DNA of 64,000 nt from Octopus vulgaris (GCA_951406725.2 OX597819.1:50220001-50284000); one strand, 5' to 3'. Shown: positions 24,185-38,921, counted from the first letter of the stretch. A program made the numbers and translations. Notes: generated by a model not told the origin, from the letters alone.

Positions 24185-24392
24185 TATATACATATGTTTG
24201 TGAGTGCGTGTATATGTATATACACACACACACGTATATAACTGTAGCTCTCTATATAGTTATATACATAGATTGATAAGTAGGATCGGTGTCAGCATAT
24301 ATTGATACATCCAAAGAAATCTCAAGAATGAAAGTTCACACAAACAAGAGCATAAAGTAATGAATTTCATGCTGTAAGGAAGAAACTGTGTT

Positions 24393-25095
24393 GAGCAACA
24401 TGTTTCGGGATATGGTTCTTCGTCAAGAAACAGAATATATAAAGAAGCATATCGGAAAATTACTGACGGAAGTTATAAGACTGAATATTTTCTGTTGGAG
24501 AAATGTTCCAAAGAAGCGAAAATTCTGCTAGACAAAACCGATTCTGTTAAAGGACGGCAAACACTAGTGGTTTTGAAAGCAATTGCTTGAAAAATGTATT
24601 TGGTAGACAGCATCGATTATTTAGAAATTTTTTTATTTGGTTTACCGCTTAAGTTATAGAATCTATCAAAAGCAAGGAGAGTAAGATATTGAAGGGCAAA
24701 ACGTACAGTCTGAAAATTCACTAGATCGACATTCCAGTGCCTATAGTGTCGTCTGCTTGATGTACACAAAGTTATACTATTTGCTCTTTTGCCATCAGAT
24801 CGAGAGAACCTGATTCGTACTAGAATAATGGAATACTGATTGGTTTACAAGTGTCTCATGTGTAAGCAGCGTACGAACTCTCTAACAATCGATAAGAAAT
24901 TTCCTTCACATTATCTGAACGACACCAATAAAACAACCAACTGAAATAGTTCGTAAATCACCTTTTAATTGACAGCACTGAATCAAATTAACTCTGAAGA
25001 AAACGGGTTTGAATTTAGGAAGGGTTCCTAGAGATGATGTAAATACGCCGACAAATGATGTAAGGAAAGGAAATTTATACTGTCTTCCTGTTCCG
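24393..25095 (-). mobile_element. Possible decayed Penelope-like element (RT thumb/linker relics, then HHR relic)
   Basis: Frameshifted remnants KFPFL, FSWLFYWCRS, NQYS (NGYP-like), VNQIKKFLK and IAFKTT in order, then TTGACGA-A..GAA-ACATGT-T at 24393-24431 on the same strand. Confidence 0.45.
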
Positions 25096-25927
25096 AAAAG
25101 GGACAAATATGTTTGATATGTTGTGGTTTAAGGTGATCAAGACCGACCTCGGGGCCATAAAGCTAAGAGAAAAATAATTTTATATTAACTAATAAAAGCA
25201 GTGAGGGTTGATGATCAAGATCTGGCTATGCCAAATTTGGTATTGCACAAGGAATATTCTGATATAAACCTACTTAAACGTGGTGACAGAATAACTGAAG
25301 CATTTCGACTTAATGGTAATGCACACTTTAGGTTATATTGGTCTAATTTCGACTTTACATATCTTTCTTGGGAGGAGATCTATTGTCTGCATAAAGAACA
25401 AAACCAAATCAATGGACACAAATGTTTCGAACTGTTTCGTGAAGGAATGATTTTTCTAGTTAAGCAGACTCATGCATTGTACATAGTAGAAAAGAAATTC
25501 GCCGCTGTCAGTCGGACAACTAAAGTGAAGAACAAACATTTTTAGCAGTTCAGGGAATGAACGAGCGAAGTGAGTTCGACCTCCTTTTCGAATTCTAAGA
25601 AATTGGCATTGAGTTAATGCTGCAAAAGCTTGAGAAAAATCATTTTAAAACAAAGTAGTCGTTAATTCAATATGATTGGTATGTCGTTGTGGATTATGAT
25701 AACGAATGCAAACCAAATTCGTTAAAACCGTGACTAATTTTTTTTTTAGTTATTTTCATGCTCTGACAATTGAAGGATCGTGGATTGTTAACCGGTACAG
25801 TTTTCACGAACCGACCAACTTTGGTGCATTTGGCACATTGGCTGTCAATATCACTAATAATGTTAAGACGGAAGAATTACGACTGCTGTTGTTGTTGCAG
25901 GTGTTACAGCTAGTATTGTTTTTCTTG

Positions 25928-26041
25928 CCACCGCCGCCGTCGCCGCCGATACCGCCGTCGCCGCCGATACCGCCGCCGCCGCCGCCGATACCGCCGCCGC
26001 CGCCGCCGTCCCCCGCCGCCCCACCCACACCGCCACCGCTG
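25928..26041. repeat. (CCG)n-derived GC-rich repeat with GCCGATACC variants
   Basis: Direct inspection. Confidence 0.85.
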
Positions 26042-26364
26042 CTGGTGTTTGATACTGTTTTATTTCTTCCATTTTGTTACGTTCTGAATCCAAATCTCGC
26101 TCAGGTCAACTTTATCTTTCATTTCACCAGGGCCGATAACATGAAGTACCAGTCATGTACTAGGGTAGGATGATGTCGACGCTAATCCCTTCCCCTCAAA
26201 ACTACTGGCCTTCAGCCTAAAGTAGAAATAGCTTGTGTCATTGTTATTGCTGTTGTACACGTCGCTGCTGTGTTTGTCGTTCTTCCCATTGTCGGTCTTG
26301 TTTTTATAGTTTTTAGTAGCAGCAGCATGAGTAGTAGTAGTTGTAGTAGTAGCTGTTGTTGTTG

Positions 26365-26489
<125 letters not shown>

Positions 26490-26492
26490 ATT

Positions 26493-26800
26493 GAGTGAGA
26501 GAGCAGTGCATGCCATCAAAGTGACACTGGGGTAAAATATAGGAAGCCCAGTATACCCATCATGATTACCCGTCTGATAAGGGTATATCAGGCACATGCA
26601 TCACAACCATATCGTCAGCCACTAAGGGACATGCTCAACTGGTTAAGGTCAAACAACTGACAAGCAAGTCTGTGGTTTTGAGCAGAATATTTGCTGTAGC
26701 TCATCTTTTATGCCAAGTCAAAAACAATGTAAATGGTAACACTTCCAATCAGTTCAGATCAGAGGCCACGAAAGCCACTGCCTGGTACTGCATCGGGGCA
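26493..26800 (-). mobile_element. TAA-associated non-coding element, copy 1 (internally deleted)
   Basis: Same 5' and 3' ends as 31820-32374; ~250 bp missing at a CATAT microhomology. Confidence 0.88.
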
Positions 26801-26808
26801 TAATAATG

Positions 26809-26924
<116 letters not shown>

Positions 26925-26940
26925 TATTATTATTATATAT

Positions 26941-27106
26941 ATACGACGAGCTTCTTTCAGTTTCCGTCTACCAAATCCACTCACAAGGCTTTGGTCGGCT
27001 TGAGGCTATAGTAGAAGACACTTGCCCAAGGTGCCATGTAGTGGGACTGAACCCGGAACCATGTGGTTGGAAAGCAAGCTACTTACCACACAGCCACTCC
27101 TGCGCC
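26941..27106 (-). mobile_element. SINE family B, 5' half
   Basis: GGCGCAGGAGTGGCTGTGTGGTAAG...GGTTCAGTCCC...CTTGGGCAAGTGTCTTCTACTATAG. Confidence 0.88.
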
Positions 27107-27373
27107 TATCTTTAGCTTTTTTTTTTTATATCCTTTCATCATTATATATAAACCCCAACACTTTATGTCTGTCACTGTATTGTTCCCTTCATCTTTCGCC
27201 CTTGTGGCGAATAAATGAAATCATCGTTATTTTTATTATTGTTATTATTATTCGTTTTATTCTAAGTGCAATTTGTAGTCATTGTTTTTTTTTTTGCCAT
27301 CACTGCATTTGAAGCAATTACTGTTGTTATTTTTGTAATCGTTGTTGTTGCTGTTATTGTTGTTGTTGTTGTT

Positions 27374-27412
<39 letters not shown>

Positions 27413-28261
27413 GCTGCTGCCGCCGCTACTGTTGTTGTTTTGCAACTTTCGGGGTGTGGAGACATATTTAATTGCTGAGCTGAGTCATAATTAAACATGA
27501 TAACAACTCTCTCATTCCTAATAAAGATTTTGCTGACACTGATAAAGTTGGTTAGGTGTAAAATGATGGCGGTGGTGAGGGAGGTCGTGATGGTAGTTGT
27601 GATGGTGGTGGTGGTGGGGATGGTAGTAATGGTCATGTAGTGACAGTGGCGGTGGTGGTAACGTTGGCAGTGGCGGTGATGATGGTGATGATGGTAGTGA
27701 TAGTGGAGGCGATGTTGCTGTTGGTCATGGTGATGACGGTGGTGGTGGTGATGACGGTGATGGTGGTGATGACGGTGGTGGTGGTGATGATGGTGGTGAT
27801 GGCGGTGGTCGAGGTCGTAGTGATGATGGTAGTAATTGTTGTGGTGGCGGCGGCGGCGTTGGTGGTGACGTTGACGCTGGCGACAGTGGTGGTGGTGCCG
27901 ATGCTGGCGGCGGCGGCAGCAGCGTTGGTGTTCGTGATGGTGGTAGTGATGGAGGTGGTGGTGGTGGTGGTTCTGGTTTTAGTAACGATGGCTGTGGTGG
28001 TTGTAATGGTAGTAGTGATGGTTGGTAGTTTTGATAATAACTGACGGTACTGCTGATAGTAGTGTTGGGAGAAGTGGTGGTGGCCAGTGGTAGTCTCATG
28101 ATGCAGTGGTGGTGTGGCGATGCCACTGGCGATGCAATAGTACTTTGATAGTAGTGATGGTGATAAAGGCGGTGGTGTTGATAATAAGGAACCATAGTAG
28201 TTTGTTATGAACAGTACAGTGATTCTGTACTATTAGTGGTGTTAAATAATAATAATAAATG

Positions 28262-28510
28262 TGTTCCTTCTCGAGCCATGCCAGGCTCATAAGGGTCGGT
28301 TTCCCGGTTTCAGTGGCGTTGAAATTCCCCACCTGGACGGGACGCCAGTCTGTCGCAGGATTACTCATTTTTGCCAGCTGAGTGGACTGGAGCAACGTGA
28401 AATGAAATGTTTTGCTCAAGAACACAACGCATCGCCCGGTCCAGGAATCGAAACCGCATCCTTACGATTATGAGCTCAACACCCTAACCACTAAGCCACG
28501 TGCCTCCACA
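28262..28510 (-). mobile_element. tRNA-derived SINE family C, full length
   Basis: A box TGGCTTAGTGG, B box GGTTTCGATTCC; tail ...GGCTCGAGAAGGAAC. Confidence 0.88.
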
Positions 28511-28976
28511 TTAGTGGTGTTGAGAGTATAGGTTATAGAAATGGTGGATAGCACTGTGATGGTGTTGTAGTACAAATAGTTTCGTGGCATACAAACTATT
28601 TGATGAAGAAAAATAATTAATGATGTGTTGGTTGATGGCACCGTGATGGTATGGCAGAGATAGTCAGAAATGTTGTTGATGCTGTAGTATTAGTGCGGTG
28701 TTGTTGTTGATAGTAGAGGTGGTGGTGGTAGGGTGAATTATTCTGTGGTCATAAGGTAGATCAATGGTGTTCCAACCATTTTTTTTTTTACCTCTGGATC
28801 TCTTTGATTACTATTTTATTCTGGTGAATCGCCACAGCCATTCGATGTTTAAAAACTAGTTTTATAGAGGATTCTTTCAAAATTCCTAGTTTGTTTATTC
28901 ACCCGTTCACCCGTGTAGGTTTGCAGTAGCACTCACCGAGGGAACATATTTCAGTGGTAGGAAACATGTTATACTA

Positions 28977-29212
28977 CAGGGTGCGGTAGAAATGTTGCCC
29001 CGGTTTCAAAGGTTAATAAAAAAACAAACACATGAAGATAAAAAGAAAAAAAATCGATGCTCTCTACTCCAGGCCATGGTGAGTACCACCTGAAACAGAA
29101 AAAAATGGCATTTAATGAATTTTATAGAAATACAAAGTTTTTTCATGCATCTTTAAGTGGGCTTTTTTTTTATTAATTTTTGAAATAGGTGCAACCTTTC
29201 TGCCGCACCCTA
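28977..29212. mobile_element. Tc1/mariner-type MITE
   Basis: ~50-65-bp imperfect TIRs (CAGGGTGCGGTAGAAATGTTGC... versus ...GCAACCTTTCTGCCGCACCCTA); TA on both flanks. Confidence 0.85.
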
Positions 29213-29804
29213 TATGTAAAACCTTAGAGCAAGAAACCTTGTTGTTTCTTGCAATAAATGCATGGAAGCGCAAAAATTCTGTCGCTAATAATTAATTTTT
29301 AATAGGCCTGCTGGCTATTCGCGACATCAGTGTCTGAAACGATGCTGAAATTCTATATATCGTGGCAACGAAATTTGACTGGTATGCAGTCATCCGGTGC
29401 TTTCCGCTGATGAGTTCAAATAATATGAAATCATGGTATATGGGATGGGTATTCCGGCGCCCATAACAGATGAATTTCATCTGCTATGTATGTGCGTGAT
29501 TTTATGCACCAAACATCTAGCTGACAGGGTCCCACAAAGCTAACAACGCGATATACAATGTTTTAACAAGGCTTCCATGTTTAGTTGGATATAAAGATTA
29601 ACTTTTCGATATTAATACTGCTTCCGTCGCTACTAATCAAAATTTATTCTTGGACATTTAGAATACTACTGAGGACCCCCAGTTTACTATTTTACTTGCA
29701 TTGACTCTAAATATCTTATATGGGTCACCGGAGCCATATGGGTCTCGGTTGAGAGACACTGATGAAGGTGGGTGTGAAAGTGTAGTGGTGGAGTTGCTTT
29801 ACAT

Positions 29805-30102
29805 CAGTGGTTCCCAAACGTTTTTGGGCTGCTGCCCCCTTGACACTCGAGTAAAATTCTTAGCTCTCCCACTCAGCACGACAAACTTCCGCAGCAAATT
29901 CAAAACAGTATTTCAGAAATATAAGTTAACCTAATTAAGCCGTTATTTTTTTGGCGGGGCGGGGTGGAGAGAGGGGGTTACATCTATCGTCCCCTTTTGG
30001 CCACGCTATTATTGCCCCACTTCTCTTCAACGCCCCTCTTGATCTTTCCGCCGCCGACAGGGGGGGGGGGGCGGGCAGTTCCACCCACATTGGGAAATTC
30101 TG
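29805..30102. mobile_element. hAT (Charlie-like) MITE with 8-bp TSD
   Basis: CAGTGGTTCCCAAAC ... ATTGGGAAATTCTG ends; flanks CTTTACAT / CTTTAGAT (7/8 match). Confidence 0.75.
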
Positions 30103-30565
30103 CTTTAGATGGTCGTAGTGTTGGTGATGAAATAGGCAAAAGCAGTCGTGGATGGAGGTGCGATGACGATGCGTTGAAATGTTAGTGCTGGAAAGAGCCT
30201 TAAATGATGGCCTTAATATAGCTATTAGTGGTACAAAAAATAATGAGCAATAATAGAGAGCCGAGAGAATCATGGCCCTCTGTAGGGCCTCCGAGGCTGG
30301 TGAGTGGAAGAGGGGAACTTATTCTCAGACCGGACTTTTGGTCTCAATACTTGCAAAAATTGTGGATACCGCTAAAGAAACCAGAGGACACACTATGATG
30401 TTACACCGGATGAAGAATCAAGTTAGCCTCCACGTAGTTTCTGTCTACAAATTTTCGCCCACAAGCTTTTGGTCCACCTGAGACAATGGTAGAAGACAGT
30501 AGCTTAAAGTGTCGTGAAATAGACTTCATACCCAGAATCACGTTTTAACTAAACGCCCATAATAA

Positions 30566-30965
30566 TTTTATCTTTTAATTGTTGCAGTAACTGGACTGCG
30601 ACCATGCTGGAGTACCACCTTGAATGGTTTTAGTCAAATAAATCGACCCCAGTACTAATGTTTTAATATAAACCTGGCACTTATTCTATCGTTCTCTTTT
30701 GCCGAGCTGCTTAGTTACAGGAACTAAGTAAACTAACAACGGATGTGAAGCAATGGTGTGGGACAAACACAAACACACACATACATAGATATATACACAC
30801 GCATACATAAACCCATGCACAGACACAGACATACATATACGACGGACTTCTTTCAATTTCCGTCCGCCAAGTCGACTCACATGGCTATAGCAGAAGACAC
30901 ATGCCGAAGGGTGCCATGCAGTGTGCCCGAACCCGGAACCATGTGGTTGGGAAGCAAACTTCCAC
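30566..30965 (-). mobile_element. SINE family B, near full length, diverged
   Basis: Collinear with 53732-54195, including the internal CA/TA microsatellite. Confidence 0.82.
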
Positions 30966-31460
30966 GTGAGACGACAATGACGATCTCTTGAAGACATATT
31001 GCATTGTTGAGTACAATTAAGAATGTTAGAAACACCTTTTTCAATTTACAACAGGCCTCTCAAGAACCGGGAGTTGATAAATCTATGAGAGAAGCGTATA
31101 TTTTAGAAAATTAATCAATGTTAAAGGAGACAATAGAACAAATAAATTTTGGATAAAGAAAGATTAATATGTACCACCAATATCTTTAGATTGATGAATA
31201 AATCGATTTTATGTCCATTATTCTACAGAATAATTTCGAAAGTTCTGACATTAAGTCGTAGTCATTCCTTTCTTCGTCTCCAGTTAAGAGTACAACAACA
31301 GTAACTATTGCAAATATTGTAGTTTGTTTTATTACTATGTCTAATTACAGATATTTTTGATTGTAAATGTTTAAAGTTTGAGAGGAATTTACTACAAATA
31401 ATATATCAAAATAAATAGATAATAATAATAATAATGATAATATTATTATTATTATTATTT

Positions 31461-31529
<69 letters not shown>

Positions 31530-31531
<2 letters not shown>

Positions 31532-31713
31532 CCTTTCTTTTATAGGTAGAAGGCCTGAAATTTGGGGGAAGGGGGATAGTCGATCACATCGATCCCAGTG
31601 TTCAACTGGTACTTATTTAATCGATTCTGATAGGATGAAAGACGAAGTTGACCTCGGCGGAATTTGAAGTCAGAACGTAGCGACAGACGAAATGTCGCTA
31701 AGCTCACCGCCTT
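31530..31713 (-). mobile_element. SINE family A with (ATT)n-ending tail
   Basis: Family core plus the tail AATTTCAGGCCTT..CCTATA..AGAAAGG followed by (ATT)n. Confidence 0.8.
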
Positions 31714-31718
31714 CGATG

Positions 31719-31788
<70 letters not shown>

Positions 31789-31804
31789 TGATAATAATAA
31801 TAAT

Positions 31805-32374
31805 CCTGATGCAGTACCATGCCCTGATGCAGTACCAGGCAGTGGCTCTCGTTGCTTCTGATCTTCACTGATTGGAAGTGTTATCATGTACATTGTTTTG
31901 TCTTTGTATAAAAGATAGGCTACAGCAAATATTCAGCACAATACCACAGATTTGCTTGTCAGGTGTTTGACCTTAGCCAGTTGAGCATGTCCCTTAGTGG
32001 CTGACGATATGTGCATCTCTGATCACGAGCAGAAGTAGTGGGAGTGCATCATAGCCGTGTGTTGAAAGGAATTCTTAGAGATTTGGATAATTCACCTTTG
32101 GAAGCATGGCTGGTTCATTCAACATCCTTAAACAATCCTTATTCAGAGACCTTTTGAGCGAGATGAGTTACTCGACGAGAACAAAATTCTAACTAGGCCC
32201 CATCTGCAAGATCATGCGCTGTTTATCTTGATGTGAGATCACCATGTCGCGCACATATGGTTGTGATGCATGTGCCTGGTGTACTCTTATCAGACGGGTA
32301 GTCATGATGGGTATACTGGGCTTCGTATATTTTACCCCAGTGTCACTCTGATGGCATGCACTGCTCTCTCACTC
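31805..32374 (+). mobile_element. TAA-associated ~555-nt non-coding element, copy 2 (full length, 15-bp 5' duplication)
   Basis: Starts TGCCCTGATGCAGTACCAGGCAGTGG (31820) and ends GCACTGCTCTCTCACTC; (AAT)n on both sides. Confidence 0.9.
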
Positions 32375-32453
<79 letters not shown>

Positions 32454-32917
32454 ATAGAAGAAGAAGAAGAAGAAGAAGAAGAAGAAGAAGAAGAAGAAGA
32501 AGAAGAAGAAGAAGAACGAAGAAGAACGAACGAACGAACAGTATGGTAGGCTGCAGGTAGTAAGCGTGCTACGCATGCAAGACTCCAGGAGCTCCAACAA
32601 AACCTGTGAGAAAGAAAATAATAATACAAGAATTTTAATAATACGCGAAAATGCGATTCCCCTCTGAAAAAAAAACAAAAACAAACAAAAACAAAAACTG
32701 AGTACAGATATTAATCGTATATACAGTCTCATTTCCACACGTATACACATAAATGTAATATTGATAGAGTTCACACACGTACACGTGCAACATTTCATAC
32801 ATGAACGAAACAATATAGAACACACAATGTTTAAACAGAAAAAAAAAAAGAAAAAAAAAAAAATAATAATAATAATAATAACAATAATAATAATAATAAT
32901 AATAAAATAATAATAAT

Positions 32918-33125
32918 ATTTTCTATTATAAGCACATTGCCTGAAATTTTGGGGGAGGAGGCAAATAGATTACATCGACCTCAGTGCGTAACTGGTACTT
33001 ATTTCATCAACCCCAAAAGGATGAAAGGCAAAGCCAACCGTGGCAGAATTGGAACTCAGAATGTGAAGACGTAAGACATAATGTTTAGCATCTTCTCCAG
33101 CGGGCTAATGATTCTGTCAGCTCAC
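32918..33125 (-). mobile_element. SINE family A, diverged
   Basis: AACTGGTACTTATTTCATCAACCCCAAAAGGATGAAAGGCAAAG core. Confidence 0.8.
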
Positions 33126-33261
33126 GATGTCCAAAAGATTACACTAACCTCAGCCGGCCATCTCTGGAAAAAATTCTTTTCGTTATAACATATTTATTAG
33201 CCCCTGGTCTCATGTAGAATCCTACATAGTAACTAAAATGCTTCGAAATCAAGCTAAAATG

Positions 33262-33309
<48 letters not shown>

Positions 33310-33418
33310 GAAAGAACTAAAACTATTAATAACTTCAGTCTGTTCCACTGGAATTCAAACATCAGTGTTGTCAAGTATGTATTTATGCATGTAACCGAAT
33401 ATGTTCGTATGTACGTAC

Positions 33419-33470
<52 letters not shown>

Positions 33471-33472
<2 letters not shown>

Positions 33473-33770
33473 TGAGACCCCCTTCGGTCATGACTGACCA
33501 CGGAATTGCACTTAGAAAGTTACCATTCCAGTCGCCCATGCATACCGGCCTCCCTTCTCCACGCCACCGATATTTTCCAAGGGAAAGGCAAAAGCCGATA
33601 CAGCTTGTCACGAGTGACGTCGCAACTCATTTCTACAACTGAGTGAACTGGAACAACGTGAAATAAAGTGTCTTGATCAAGAACACAACACGCAGTCCGC
33701 TCCGGGATTCGAACTCACAACCTCACGATCGTAAGCGCGATGCTCTAACCACTGAGCCATGCGCCTTCAC
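33471..33770 (-). mobile_element. SINE family C variant with a different 3' tail
   Basis: A box TGGCTCAGTGG, B box GTTCGAATCCC. Middle matches 28360-28440; tail ...GTCATGACCGAAGGGGGTCTCAGC. Confidence 0.85.
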
Positions 33771-33777
33771 ACACACA

Positions 33778-33813
<36 letters not shown>

Positions 33814-34042
33814 TACATATATATCATCATTATTCGTCTTCAGGTTCTGAGTTCAAATTCCGCCGAGGTTGACTTTGCCTTTCATCCTCTATGTCTCTCT
33901 CTCATTCTCATCCTCTCTTTCTCACACCCCCTTCAGCTGTCATACCCTGGATGTGAAGCAGGGTCCAAGGCTGGGAGTTTCGAAAGGACGTCCGTGTCAG
34001 CTCACGACCACATAGACATCGACAAACAATTTCTCATTAATA

Positions 34043-34144
34043 AATAGCAATTAACCTGAATTAATAATTAAGGTACAAATTATAATTTGTACCTTAATTC
34101 TTTGTTCTGGTTAATTGTTATTGCTTGATAATTATCAAGCAATA
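34043..34144. repeat. Two abutting palindromes
   Basis: Perfect 34-bp core at 34066-34099 extending imperfectly to 34043-34122; perfect 26-bp TATTGCTTGATAATTATCAAGCAATA at 34119-34144. Confidence 0.95.
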
Positions 34145-34368
34145 TCCATTCGCAGGTGACGGCTGTCTCTTATATATACTCGGTAATAAGTGATATACAT
34201 ACACTAAAGCGAATTATTTTACTCTATAAGTACTTGATAAACGTTCATCAAAAATTCCAAATTATTTTGTGCAAAGATATTAATCCATAAGAGCGAAAGA
34301 ATAAGGACAAAGACTTCTGATATACAATATTAAGGAAATATTCATGATTTTGTCTTGTATGGAGTCTT

Positions 34369-34415
34369 CCACAACAGAGGGTTCTGTTTCGAAGACTATA
34401 GCTCTCTTTAGGCGG
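34369..34415 (-). ncRNA. Type I hammerhead ribozyme relic, copy 1
   Basis: CCGC CTAAAGA GAG..TTC GAA ACAGA-ACCC-TCTGT T GTGG: stems I, II and III present; core G5>A. Confidence 0.65.
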
Positions 34416-34758
34416 TGTAAAACGAGGGATACCCTCAGTGACTAGTTGTCAATGGATGTAAAACAGATTATCATAGACTAGTGTACAGACCCCCCACTCC
34501 AAAAAAACGGCACAATTTTATACCCAAGCGTATGAGAAAAATCTAATTAAAAGAGCTCAAAATGAAATTAACTTCCGATGAGCATACGTACTCAGCTGTA
34601 AGACATATAGGTACTCCTCATGATAAATTGTAAATAGCCTGAGCGAGAGATTTTTCAGCATAAGTGCTACAAAATATTAGCATAAATTATTAAGTGGAAA
34701 TAGTTAACTTTTCATACATGATATGAAAGAAATATTTGTGAACTTTATAGCAAGACTT

Positions 34759-34805
34759 CCGTTACAGAACATCCTGTTTCAAGAGTTGTATCTCTCTTGA
34801 AGCAG
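34759..34805 (-). ncRNA. Type I hammerhead ribozyme relic, copy 2 (390 bp from copy 1)
   Basis: CTGC TTCAAGA GAGA-TACAAC-TCTT GAA ACAG-GATGTT-CTGT A ACGG; 44/63 ungapped identity to the copy 1 region. Confidence 0.55.
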
Positions 34806-34824
34806 TGTAAAACGGTAGACCCCC

Positions 34825-38160
<3,336 letters not shown>

Positions 38161-38689
38161 CGCATTTATACTTTGCCTTGCCCTTTGAAAATTTTGATTA
38201 CGTTATCAAAATATCCAGGTTCAGGTTTTGTCATCTACACTCCCGAAAGAGAGATAAATCTTTGTAGGCTCTTAGCTGAACTTCCAAACAGTGGATCATC
38301 TCATCGACTTCACAACTGATTTGTCAGCCATTTTGCACTCTAAGGTCAGGCTTCAAATAATGTGTAACAATAGGTTCGCTGCTTTTTTTTTTCTTGTGTG
38401 TTTCGTATTAGTGTTCGCATAGGCAAGAATTCTAATACCATTAATAATGTGAAGTGTATGTCTTCGTATTCGACTTCTTCCTTTCTTCTTTCCACAATCT
38501 TTACTCCCACCACATTACACTCACAAATAAAAACAGGAAGATGCATACATATATGTCGAAGCAAACATGATTGTATGCATATATGCATGCATGCATGCAT
38601 GTATGTATGTATGTATGTATGTATTTATGTATGTATGTATGTATGTATGTATGTATGTATGTATGTATGTATGTATGTATGTATGTATG

Positions 38690-38725
<36 letters not shown>

Positions 38726-38728
<3 letters not shown>

Positions 38729-38918
38729 AGAGTTTACGAAAAAAAACCCCAAAAGACGAAGACAGGTGATGTACAAAACAAACAGAAGTATTAGTATAAG
38801 GCTCAGGAATAGAAAACGTATTTTACGTTTCGAGCCTACGCTCTTCTAAAGAAAGGGATACAGAAAAAGCAAAGAGAGAAAAAAATGTGTGTAGTGGCTA
38901 ATGATCTGCCACTATCGA

Positions 38919-38921
<3 letters not shown>
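38726..38921 (-). mobile_element. ~195-bp Penelope-pLTR-like segment in (TA)n carrying an HHR-like motif
   Basis: 38821-38854 minus: TTT CTTTAGA A GAGC-GTAG-GCTC GAA ACGT A AAA; (TA)n on both flanks. Confidence 0.6.

Noticed and set aside
25706-26173. Proline-rich 155-aa ORF (formin/WASP-like)
   Set aside because: The polyproline comes from a (CCG)n repeat, and the 3' part is a SINE-A remnant.
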